Source: Hydrurus foetidus (taxonomy: Eukaryota). From it: a stretch of 20,000 nucleotides of DNA. Below are positions 1-10,249 of the stretch, in pieces (the first letter of the stretch is position 1; every line of letters begins with the position of its first letter). Below the pieces are notes generated by a model, which made no database searches, was not told the origin of the DNA, and was given only the letters and a program-made list of their open reading frames with translations. The stretch lies in NCBI GenBank assembly GCA_900617105.1, contig UYFQ01000444.1, positions 45,377-65,376 on the forward strand. Direction: 5' to 3'. Both the position numbers and the translations under genes were made by a program.

Positions 1-266
1 GGTACGCACACATACGTACTAACTTGATCTTACGGGAATGGGAGACAATTTTTTTGAAAGTTGTGACTATTATGACACTTATTATTGTTGTAATTATATA
101 TAAAACCGGTTATCAAAAACAATTGTCACGACGCGACAGGCTTCATACAAGCAACTGAAATTATTATTTATATTAGATTTCGTAAATTTAATAATTTTGA
201 GAAACAATGAAACTCTCCCACACACTGCCATTTATTTATCTTATATCGCATCAAATATATCTACAG

Positions 267-1022
267 GTGAATTACAGGGAGACGTACGTACTTGCCGTAC
301 AGCAGCCATTGGAATTTTAAATAAACTAAATCCATTTAGAAATTTCGATTCCAGCAGCTGCAACTCCATAGCTCCTAGACCCTCTTCCATTCAAAATCTA
401 TCTGACAGTAACGGAGAAAACGAAGAGGATACCCAAGAAAGTAAACGAAAAAGAAGTACAATGTATGGTAATTACGGTGCCAGTGAAAGAAGAATTGGCG
501 ATATTGGTTACAATCTAGACGAAAAGGAAATAGTTGATTACAATACTTATTCTGGCGAACATGCAGAGGAGGTTTTGAAAGGCGGTCATATTCCGTTTGA
601 TTTTGAGAAAAAAAATAACAATGATCATGTTGGTGTTATGAAAGATGATGACTGTGATAAAAGTGATAAAACAACTGATAATGAAATTCAGTCAGAATGT
701 GATAAAAATCAGGACATGAAAATATGGACGAATATGAAAAGTGATGGTAATGTAATTACAAATGGAGAAAAAAATATAACTAACAATAACAATAAAAATA
801 TGGTAGGAAAAGAAGATGAAATGAAAGACAAAGAAAGCATGAATAATCATGATATGACACAGAAACCTCTCATACCTTTAGCGTCTCCTGTAGTTAGAGG
901 ATTAGGTCAACAGAGAAAACAATTTTCCATTTCCCAGTGCAATCTTAGTAGTGGTGAAATGATGACACCTGATATCTATTATCTGGAAATGTACAAGACA
1001 ATGAGTGACTCTGTCAGAGTTG
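267..1022 (+). CDS. Internal coding exon of a multi-exon gene (Asn/Asp/Lys-rich low-complexity linker leading into a PAS/LOV-like domain)
   Basis: Acceptor ctacag at 261-266 and donor G|gtacgt at 1023 lie within ORF 197..1189. A phase-1 donor G|gtacgc at window position 1-2 matches this acceptor's phase. ORF sequence after 1022 is microsatellite read-through. Confidence 0.6.
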
Positions 1023-1109
1023 GTACGTACGTGTCTTATTTTATCTTTTCTTACCGTATATTTGAGTTTACCATTTCCTGTCCCTTTTGTTGTTTAGTAT
1101 CGCATTGTA

Positions 1110-1259
1110 TGTGTTGTGTTGTGTTGTGTTGTGTTGTGTTGTGTTGTGTTGTGTTGTGTTGTGCTGTGTTGTGTTGTGTTGAGTTGTGATGTGATGTGTT
1201 GTGCTGTGCTGTGTTGAGTTGTGTTGTGTTGTGTTGTGTTGTGTTGTGTTGTGTTGTGT
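1110..1259. repeat. (GTGTT)n pentanucleotide microsatellite, intronic
   Basis: About 30 near-perfect GTGTT units with a few GTGCT/GAGTT/GTGAT variants. Confidence 0.97.
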
Positions 1260-1331
1260 AGTACTCGATTTGCTTTTTTTCATTTTTTCTGACTTATTGT
1301 TTTGTTTTGTCTGTCTCTTCCATGTTCCATC

Positions 1332-1416
<85 letters not shown>
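1332..1416. repeat. (ATTT)n microsatellite, intronic
   Basis: Direct reading of the sequence. Confidence 0.97.
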
Positions 1417-1418
<2 letters not shown>

Positions 1419-1459
1419 TATATATATTTTCCTGTCTGTAATATTATTTTCCACTTTTC

Positions 1460-1527
1460 TATTCTATCCTATCCCATCCTATCCAATCTTATCCCATCTT
1501 ATCCTATTCTATCCTATACTATCCTAT
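1460..1527. repeat. Degenerate (CCTAT/CTTAT)n pentanucleotide repeat
   Basis: atcct atccc atcct atcca atctt atccc atctt atcct... Confidence 0.8.
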
Positions 1528-1902
1528 AAACTCTCTTATACCCCAATCCAACCTATCTCATAATTACTCTGTTCTGCACTTCTTCTTTCAAAGTTGTTTG
1601 CCTGATTCTATTCAATTTATGCCGCCAGTTCTATACATGGCTGTGCCCTCCCTGCCCCTCTTCCTTTTTCCTTTCTTTCTATCTTTCTCACTCTTTTCTA
1701 TCTCCTTTTCGTTTTTGCTCCACTATCCTTTCTTTTCCTTTTCCTTTTTCTTTCTTTCCTTTATTTTACCTTTATTTTTTCGTGTCCATTTGTGTTCAGA
1801 TCGACAGATTCTCCGACCTCACTGATACCGACCAAAATTTATTGTCCACACCTGATACTGATACCTGCAGGACTTAGTTATCGATGATCGTCTTTCTTCC
1901 CG

Positions 1903-1905
1903 TAT

Positions 1906-1952
<47 letters not shown>

Positions 1953-1957
1953 TTCAT

Positions 1958-2017
<60 letters not shown>

Positions 2018-2300
2018 TTATTTATTTATTTACCTATTTATTTACCTATGTATTTACCTATTTATTTACCTATTTATTTGTCTATTTATTTACCTATTTA
2101 TTTATTTGTCTATTTATTTTTTGTTTATTTATTTATTTTTTTGTTTGTTTGTTTGTTAGTTCGCTTGTTTGTTTATTTGTTTATTTGTGTTTGTTTGTCT
2201 GTTTGTTTGTTTATTTGTGTTTGTTAGTTAGTTTGTTTATTTGTTTGTTTGTTTGTTTTTTTTGTTTGTTTGTTTATTTTTTCATTTATTTTTTTATTTA
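1903..2300. repeat. Compound (ATTT)n -> (ATTT/ACCT) -> (GTTT)n microsatellite, intronic
   Basis: Direct reading; the unit drifts from ATTT to GTTT along the array. Confidence 0.95.
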
Positions 2301-2369
2301 TTACAAATGCTTACTCTCTATACCCTCGTTAGCTTAAATTCATTTTATTATTAACTTCAATATCTTTAG

Positions 2370-2862
2370 AGCGAACGTACACAGCCGTACCTCGCAGAAG
2401 AAGTGAGGGAAGCACTCGACCAAAATAAATCGACAGTCGTAAAATTGTACCAAAAGAGAGCAGACGGCTCAGATTTTCCATGTCTACTTGCCCTTCATCC
2501 AATAGTGCATTTGACAGAAAAATCCGCATCAAGCGTTGATTTAACATGTTTAGACGCGTACGTACGTGTGACCGAAAGTATGACAGAAAAAGCTTTCACG
2601 AGAAGTCATCTGCAGTATAAATTTCAAATTTGGTTTTTTTTAGACTGTAGTAAATCAGCCGATATTCACATTGCAGAATTAGCGGAAACGGCCAGGATCC
2701 TCCGGCTTCTCCCTCAATCCATGCTGTACCAAATGCTGCCAGGCACGACAGAAGCAGTTGCGTTGTTGGAAAATTTATGTAATGTGAAATCTTTTTCGAG
2801 AAGTTTTTTCACGGAAATTTCGACCGGTCAAGATTTGGATAGTCACATGGCGGCAATTAAAG
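2370..2862 (+). CDS. Coding exon: C-terminal half of a degenerate LOV-type PAS domain plus following helix
   Basis: Acceptor tctttag at 2363-2369 and donor G|gtacga at 2863. The translation SERTQPYLAEEVREALDQNKSTVVKLYQKRADGSDFPCLLALHPI aligns with the LOV consensus GPETDxxxVxxIRxAlxxxxxxxVxLxNYRKDGxxFWNLLxIxP. It is followed by ..ARILRLLPQSM, which resembles my recollection of the post-LOV helix of stramenopile RGS-LOV (helmchrome-like) proteins. Confidence 0.7.
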
Positions 2863-3245
2863 GTACGACATTCTACTTTTTTAGCACCATATTGACAACA
2901 AAATTCACTGATTTAGAGCTCATGTAACGCTTTGTTCACGGATATTATCAAATATTTTCTTGTGCAATCTATTTTGTCGTATCATTATTTACTCTATATC
3001 TTTCCACATCGTTTAGTATTTTTTTTTTGTCCTACAATACGTACTACCCACCTAACTCCTCTTATCTTATCTTATCTTATCTTGTTTTGACTGATGCGTT
3101 GTATGTAGTTCAATGCAAATAAGAAAACACTACGCAGTGTGACGTACTGCACTGGCATTGTCCACTCTATGACTCAATACTGCGTGACGTAATCCTCTCC
3201 TCTCCTCTTCGAACAAGAACATCATACATCATATTTAAAATATAG

Positions 3246-3977
3246 TCTAATCGCCCCCCTCCCCACTCCCACCACGCACACACATTCATCTTAACACCAT
3301 CAGCTGCCCTTGCAGCCATAGCTCCGCTAGCCCCCAACACTGCGCAGAACACCCTGCCAAATACACCGGGTCCACCGGAATCCCTCTCCCCAAAAGAGCC
3401 GTCAATTCCGTTGTTCTCTAAACCGCATACATCGCTAGACCAGGACTCTTGTACCAATAGTCGAGAAGAATGCCCAACACCTGAAGAAAATCTGCGCACC
3501 ATCCCACTGCCATCTCAACTCACCCCAGCTGCACACAACCGTGTTTCTATGTCTGAAAAATTAGTTGAGAAATCGGTTGAGAAATCGGTTGAGAAAACAC
3601 TTAGTATGTCCCCAGAAGCGATGATACTCAAGAATGGATTGCACGCAATTGGAGAGCGCTCATTAGACGAGGCACCACCTAAGTCTCTATCTCCTGCTGC
3701 CAACAGTGAATTGTCTCTATGTGGGTGTGAGCTGGCTGTACTGGGCATGCCTCCGTTACACCCCCCTCAACACCCGGCACACCCCGTACACCCGGCCACT
3801 CAGCACTCCCAGCGACCTACACACCACACCGCACTCAACCCCTCCCCCATCAACTGCACCGCACACACACAAAGCGATGAAGATTCTGTGCCACGGCACC
3901 GGTCCAAAAGCGTTTCGCCAAGTAGACCTGAAGGAGCCCCTCCTAGTCGCATGTCTCCGCGCAAACTGGGAAAATAG
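3246..3977 (+). CDS. Probable terminal exon: Pro/Ser/His-rich disordered tail
   Basis: Frame is open from an acceptor (tatag, 3241-3245) to TAG at 3977, GC is higher than in the flanks, and a 12-bp coding repeat (VEKS x3) is present. The splice path from 2862 is unresolved: phases do not match directly. Confidence 0.5.
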   Translation, partial: SNRPPPHSHHAHTFILTPSAALAAIAPLAPNTAQNTLPNTPGPPESLSPKEPSIPLFSKPHTSLDQDSCTNSREECPTPEENLRTIPLPSQLTPAAHNRVSMSEKLVEKSVEKSVEKTLSMSPEAMILKNGLHAIGERSLDEAPPKSLSPAANSELSLCGCELAVLGMPPLHPPQHPAHPVHPATQHSQRPTHHTALNPSPINCTAHTQSDEDSVPRHRSKSVSPSRPEGAPPSRMSPRKLGK

Positions 3978-4020
3978 AAAATGAAAAATTATAATGAGGA
4001 ATGAAAGAGAAAAAAAGAAA

Positions 4021-4080
4021 AAAACGAAGGATGAAAACGAAGGATGAAAACGAAGGATGAAAATGAAGGATGAAAATGAA
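4021..4080. repeat. 13-bp tandem repeat AAAA(C/T)GAAGGATG, ~4.6 copies
   Basis: Direct reading, just downstream of the stop at 3977. Confidence 0.9.
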
Positions 4081-5260
4081 AATAGGAGCTCTTATACATT
4101 TTGTATCGAGTGAATAAAAAGTATCAAGAATAATGTGAATCAAATCTTCTAATCTCCAACGCACCCAAACACAGTACATCACGTACATGCGCAACAACAC
4201 ACGCACACACAGCACGCACGCACGCAATCTGAAATTGAGGATATAACCTCTTTCACGAATTCATTTCGTACTTCATTTCAATATTTTAAAAAATATAGTG
4301 CACGCACACATCTGTGAATCACCGACTAAATTTTGCTCATGAAGAACAGTAGCAGTAAATTTTTCTTTTGACGGAAATAAAGAGCCTGCGTCTCTGGAAG
4401 AAATTAGCAGCTGTTGGTATAGTATGATAAGACATAATTTCATTTTAAGTATATTTCATAAAATTTCCGTTATTCATTTCCCGTCAATTATTGATTTCAT
4501 TTAAGATTTTGTTCACTTGTTAAGAAGCCTAATGGGATGCTTTTTAAAGTTCCTCATATTAGTAAAATATAATCATATTTCTACAGAAAAGTTTTTTTTT
4601 GTGTTCTAGTATTAATGAAAGAAGCTGATCAATAAAATCACGAATAACAATAGTAGACAAGGAAATTCTTTGATGTGAATCGAAAACAAATTTGAAAGTA
4701 AAATACCATTGCCGATCCAATTTTTGAGAGAGGGAGAGGCGGGGAGGGATTTGAGTGTTTACACGTTTGTCATTCGCAACGTAGAGAGCCTTTGTTGTCT
4801 AAAAGTAGCTATATGTTTATTTTAAGATCATATACACTCGGAGCACAGTAGCAAAAATAATTGAGAAGCGAATATCGATAAATCAAGAAACGATTCAGGC
4901 TCATATGCATTGTTCTGTTATTCAGTTGATTACAGTACGTAATGATTCTAAAATCATTCCCTTCCACATGGATTTATTATCTGTCATCTGTCACAGCGTA
5001 ACACTCAATCAATCTCCGTGTGTGGGTAAAATATAGTGTTCTCCCTATAGGGAAACATTTTACATCTTCCTGGAATGTTTCTGTCACCGAAATTTCTTGA
5101 GATCGCTGGCCTCTTTCTTGCAGCATGGGTTGTGCATTATGCAGTTTCAACCTTCGCTACCGTTGACCAACCTCCAAATGCAGAACTGGTTCTCAACCTC
5201 TAGCAACTGCTGCAATTTCTTTTCTCTATAGTATCCTCCTTTTTTCCTCCATCGTAAGTC

Positions 5261-5800
5261 ATGAATCACCAGCAGAATCAGGCACATGCTGAAGCAGTCT
5301 ATGCTGTACCATCAGCACCAGACTCAAATGAAGCGATGCTAGCTATGGTGGCACAAATGAGAAACGAGGCGGCCGCTGACAGACAAGCGGCTGCCGCCGA
5401 TCTTCAGAAAGCAGCCGATGAGCGTCGACTTCACGAGCAGAACCAGCAGCGGAACATGCAGTATGCCCCTGTGCAGCAACAGCAGCCAATGCCTTACGGT
5501 CAACCGCAATACCAGCAGCCAATGGGACAAGGCACAACGACAATAATTCAAGTACCTGGTGGTGGCATCGATCACTGTCAACATTTTGTGTGCTGTTTAT
5601 TCCTTGGCGGGTAAGATGAATATGCCCTGAATATTCATCCAACAGTGCTTCTCATCCTCATCCTTATCCTCATCTTTTTCACTTGTTTCCACGACAGATT
5701 TTGGACGCCATTTTGGGTCTTGGCATGTATCATACCTGGCTTTTGCCCAACTCCGTGCAGTTGCAATCAGCAGCAGAAAACAGTCATAATCACGAAGTAA
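5261..5800 (+). CDS. Small Gln/Pro-rich protein with Cys-rich hydrophobic C-terminus, copy A; join(5261..5610,5698..5800), 150 aa
   Basis: ATG at 5261. An 87-nt GTAAG...ACAG intron (5611-5697) restores the frame to ...HCQHFVCCLFLGGFWTPFWVLACIIPGFCPTPCSCNQQQKTVIITK*. The same structure is kept in the paralog. Confidence 0.85.
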
Positions 5801-6454
5801 CCCTCAACCACTTTATATTTCAAGTTGAAATCGCACGGAAGTTTCCATAAGGAAATTCCTGCTCTTTTTTTGATTGCGACGATTACTGAGCAGTTTTGTT
5901 CTACTTTACTTGCTGAAAATGTCATATGTTTGTATTCCTCTCATATCCTGTATAATTTCGCGTATCCAGCATACGGCCGTCCTCACCTTCACAACTTCAG
6001 AATGAAAATGAGATTCACTTTTTTGTCTCTTATATGTCACGCGTTCTCCACACTATCTGTGTAGCTCTGTTGACAGCTACGCAGTATGAGTACTATAACT
6101 CTGTCCCAGTTGTCTCTTTTTCCTACTGATTAATCCCGTCAAATCAAAGCGATTATTCTAATCCTGTGTAGATATGCAGCGAGTCATTTTGATTATGACG
6201 CTAATAACCGTGTTTTTTAGAACTGTTCAAATAATCAGCTGCGTCATGCTTAGAGAGTGTTTCAATTTTTACCGTTTAACGGAACAGAACAGCAATTTAG
6301 CCGTAAGATGTATTTACGCAGCATTACACGATGATCTTTTGAAGAAGGAGAAATATTGGCTCTCAGGTTATGCAGACAGATTCCTTGAGCAGAATTCACC
6401 CTGAAAAAGCATGATTATCAACAGCATGATTATCCTGGAAAAGAATACTTGCTA

Positions 6455-7780
6455 GAATTTACCGGATAGAAGCAGTGCGGTAATAAAACGAGACTGTTGA
6501 GAAGTGAGATAAAATAATTAATGCAGTCGTAACAGTATACTTAATTGCACTTAAAAAGTGAGAGGTCTGAGGTGTACTTTCAACCAGTTAATCAGACTCG
6601 TTTTTCGATGTACGACATTACAAAAATGTCAGCAAATGCGCAGCATCGTAAAATTTCTGAGAGTAATAGAACAAAAGCATGTTTGAGCACTCACCATTTC
6701 TACCTTGTATTCATGTACGGCCTAGGCTACTGGCACCCAGAGGGATAAAAATCAGTGACACTAAGATTGCTTATCGTCCAGTCCCCTACCCTATTAGTGA
6801 TTGAAAAAAGAAAAAAGTGTATTCATCATCAGCAAAGTTTTATGCGTTAGACTGCCTAATTAGTTTTTGCATAAAAATTCTGGTGATCGAAATATTTCGA
6901 TCGCGAGAAGTCGAAGATGAATTTTCAAAACCTTGCAGAAAGAAATCCGAATATTACCAAAGCAGAATAAAATAATACTATTTTCCAAAAAAACTCAGAT
7001 GGAGTGGTGGTGAAACCGATCACCCCACACGGCCCCACACCATACTAAAAATACAAAAACCGAGGAACGTTCACCATTTTTTGCTTTTTTGTTTTTTAGT
7101 ATGGTGCCCCTTGGTGTATCACTCCATTTGAGATTTTCTGGGAGAAACTAGTTTCATTTTATTCTGCTTTGGTAATATCAAAGAAAAATCTGCATGTTTT
7201 AAAAAAGAAGAGAACTACTAGAGCGTGTATTAAAATTTGAGAAAACATATGATGTACCGCAATTTTTGGCGACTACTCAAGAAATGGCTGAATAATAGCA
7301 ATTTTTTACGTTTTTAGAAAATAGTTTCATCAATAATAGGGGACTCGACGGTATCATTGACCGAACAGTTTCTGCCTGTTCGAAGCTCAAAAGAACGGAA
7401 ATTTTCTTCCTGGTGGAGTGGCGTTAAATCCTTTTGAATAAAAATCCAAATTCTACAGCTAGAAATCCAGAAACTCTCACATATCATTTTTAGAAGATCT
7501 GTACAGTCGCTAGTATCGATTTGCAACTTTAAGGATTTGCGCTATGTAGTAAACATATCAACTGTGAGTATTTTGCTCAACTGATATTAGCGCAAGACCT
7601 TACCAAAGATATGCTAGGTGCGGAAGAAGATTTTAGAGTGCGTTCGGTAATTTTAAATTTTACTTCATTACCCCAGTTTTACTGGATTCCGACCATACAG
7701 TGATTGACCGGTTGATCCCGTCCAGAGATACCATCTGTGACTCGGACATTTTACCGTAAAGTATTCTGTTCCGGTAATAC
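6455..7780. repeat. ~1.3-kb degenerate palindrome (inverted duplication), centre ~7065
   Basis: Perfect 23-bp IR 6951-6973/7156-7178. Further nested collinear imperfect IR anchors at ~7039-7058/7086-7106, ~6773-6806/7325-7352, ~6696-6709/7453-7466 and ~6459-6483/7751-7777. Confidence 0.75.
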
Positions 7781-8025
7781 ATACCGGAAAAGAACGACGA
7801 GCAACCCGCAACTCTCAGGCTAGTCCTTATGACGCCCGTGTTTTACATTTTTTTGATCCTTTTTTTGTATCTGTCGCAAATGAAGTGGCCTTATGACGCA
7901 AAAAATCGTCAAAAATAAAAATGTAAACGACACATTCTTCAGAACGCCACAGAAAATGTGCACTTTTTTTGCGTAGGTAATTGATAAGTGACGCTCATTA
8001 ACACATTTCTGAAGGCACCTCAATC

Positions 8026-9019
8026 ATGCCACCAAGCTCAGAGGAACTCGCGGATATCAAGTCTAAGCAGTATGTGCTCATCACGCGTGCTGGCTTATCG
8101 ATTCCGTCGAGTGAAATGGACTCTAAAACTATATTTGCGAAGATGCTTGAACAATTTGACTACCATGTGAAGAGAGTCAAGCTGCCCCAAGGGTTAGCGA
8201 AGAATACTTACTACAGGACATCTCGACATCTGGATGAGACTGTGACGGAGAAGGAAATTCATGATGGGCAGTCACTATGGAGAAAATTTAGCGCCATCAA
8301 AAAATTCGTCAACAATCAAATCACCCCCCACTACGTGAAGCTCTTAGGACCAGATGGCCTACCTCCATCTGGAATGAACAAAGAAACCATCCTCCTGAAG
8401 ACAAAGGAAGCTTTGTATAAGGCTGAACAACTGGCTGCCAAAAATCGATCAAAACATCCTCCCTCCTTTAAAATGAAATCATTTAAACCATCCTATCAAC
8501 CCTGTGAATGGGAAACCTTCCTTGCCTTTGGTCGAGCATCTGAGAAGCCCGAGAAGGCCTTCTTCATAGAGTAAGTTGCTTTAACATACAGCATGAATCA
8601 AGCTCTTACTAATCATCTGAATCTTCTATCAATGTAGGAAATCATCTGTTCCGTCCGACATGACATCATCTTCCACCATTCGACCAAATAAAACCGAGGC
8701 TCGAAAACTACAACGTGAGAAGAAGAGGACAGCTCATCTCGAAAACATTAATAAAGACCTAAACTTACCATCTGAGAGCAAGATATCTGAGCGCAAGGAT
8801 AGACGAGTCCAGAAGAACAATGTTCTTGGATTCCAATACTCCATGGCTTTGAAGACACGTGAGAAGGTGAGGACATTCATTGTCAGAGATGAAGTTAATT
8901 TGAACCTTACGAATTTCTTTACTGTATTCACTTCACAGAGAATTAACGAACTCCAACTCTATCCAACGATTCTGCACAGCAGCAGTTCCAATCAGTGTGA
9001 AGTCAGTTATAGGAGTTAG
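8026..9019 (+). CDS. Harbinger accessory ORF (divergent Myb/SANT-like DNA-binding partner); join(8026..8570,8638..8866,8939..9019)
   Basis: GT-AG introns 8571-8637 and 8867-8938 keep the frame. LWRKFSAIKKFV...PPSG...ALY...F...CEW resembles the W..I...V / SG / CW pattern of PIF ORF1 proteins, followed by a basic coiled-coil. The last ~20 codons are antisense to the transposase. Confidence 0.65.
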
Positions 9020-10249
9020 ATTACGGACTCTACTAAGATGTTGTCTAAAAATTAGCATATCTTCATGAGAATGATGCCCATCGTTGCTTAGGTAATTAAC
9101 ATTTTGTTCCCATCGAACATCTAATCCGTCAAAATGTAATAACATGTTATGCATAATACAGCAAGAATAAAACATGTTATCAATATGATCTTTATTGTGA
9201 TAATATATGGGTAATTTTAAGCAGCGAAATCTACCTTTCAACACACCAAATGCACACTCAACATCTTTCCTCACAGTCTCTGCCCATTCACTCCATAGTG
9301 TTTCTCTAGGTATTGCTGAATGTTTTAATGGACACTGCATGCATCTCCATTTATGGTAACCATTATCGCACAATAACCATGCCCCCTTTTCTTCATACTC
9401 TTCACCTTTAATATCGCACATTGGGAAAGTAACGTCATGGTATTTTATTCCATCATGAATGTCCGTAACAAACCCATCAAATCTTACGATAGTTCTATCA
9501 CTCCTTGTCCCAGGATATCCATGAGTAACCGCAATGATCTTAGAAGTGTGATCAACGGTAACTTCATAAGAGAGTGTGGGAAAACCTTCTTTCCCCTTAT
9601 GAAGAACACGATCTCCAGAAGAACAACGCTCCCATCTTATATGCACACAGTCAGTACTCCCTATGCAACCAGGCAACCCTAACCTTGTGTACACATCGAG
9701 AGTCTTCTGAATTTCTTCTTCAGATTCGGGGGGATTACAGTACGTAGCAAAGTACTTCTTTGAAAATAATTCACACCACTTATGAAAGAAGACGCGATTA
9801 ATCTCTGCACTTATGTAAGACAGCTCCTCGATACCATCAAAACAGTAACCTCGACCAAGGACCCGTAATAATCCAAGAACTTTTAGCTCCAAAGGTGCTG
9901 CCTTCACACCAGCACAGTCATTACCCTCGCTAAACCATTTATTAGCTCTTGTCATCTCTGTCAATCTTTCGAATAGCGGAAAAGGTACTCGAAATCGCCT
10001 GCGAAATAACACACCGCCCTTGCGATCAGTAGGATCTTTCGTTCTGGGATTGACCAACATTCGGCCCCAACAAGACATATCATAAGGTGGACGACCTTCC
10101 CATTTACGATGCCTATAGAAAGCTGGTTGCTTTAATCTTTCTTCCTCCTCTTCTTCGACAACTTTGCGCAATTTTTTTCTTCTCTCGTAGTACTCATTAG
10201 ATTCCTTGATAAGTTTCGTCAAGTCAACGCTCTCATCATCAGAAGACAT
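8933..10249 (-). CDS. PIF/Harbinger DDE transposase (Plant_tran / DDE_Tnp_4-like), possibly C-terminally truncated
   Basis: Motifs FRRRFRVP, GLPGCIGSTDCVH (D), CDNGY (D), RKDVECAFGVLKGRF (E), CCIMHNMLL. First ATG is at 10249. Confidence 0.92.
   Translation of the reverse strand: MSSDDESVDLTKLIKESNEYYERRKKLRKVVEEEEEERLKQPAFYRHRKWEGRPPYDMSCWGRMLVNPRTKDPTDRKGGVLFRRRFRVPFPLFERLTEMTRANKWFSEGNDCAGVKAAPLELKVLGLLRVLGRGYCFDGIEELSYISAEINRVFFHKWCELFSKKYFATYCNPPESEEEIQKTLDVYTRLGLPGCIGSTDCVHIRWERCSSGDRVLHKGKEGFPTLSYEVTVDHTSKIIAVTHGYPGTRSDRTIVRFDGFVTDIHDGIKYHDVTFPMCDIKGEEYEEKGAWLLCDNGYHKWRCMQCPLKHSAIPRETLWSEWAETVRKDVECAFGVLKGRFRCLKLPIYYHNKDHIDNMFYSCCIMHNMLLHFDGLDVRWEQNVNYLSNDGHHSHEDMLIFRQHLSRVRNLTPITDFTLIGTAAVQNRWIELEFVNSL

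Noticed and set aside
1068..2337. ORFs 1068..1283, 1201..1563, 1302..1529, 1598..1825, 1884..2159, 2149..2337
   Set aside because: Translations of stop-free microsatellites or pyrimidine tracts (CCVVL, FIYL, TTQHN repeats).
3109..3188. Candidate small exon between the LOV exon and the Pro-rich exon
   Set aside because: It has AG/GT boundaries, but the phase-1 join gives a stop after VQCK and the open frame fits neither neighbour. Left unresolved.
4021..4080. CRISPR-like array or prokaryotic system
   Set aside because: Repeats are head-to-tail with no spacers, the context is eukaryotic and no cas genes are present. No tRNA or rRNA gene was recognised anywhere in the window.
5339..5642. Minus-strand ORFs over gene A, and equivalents over gene B (10785..11342)
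   Set aside because: Antisense shadows of the spliced + strand genes.
5825..7526. Short ORFs 5825, 6174, 6545 and 7314
   Set aside because: No motifs; they lie in UTR, duplicated flank or palindrome sequence.
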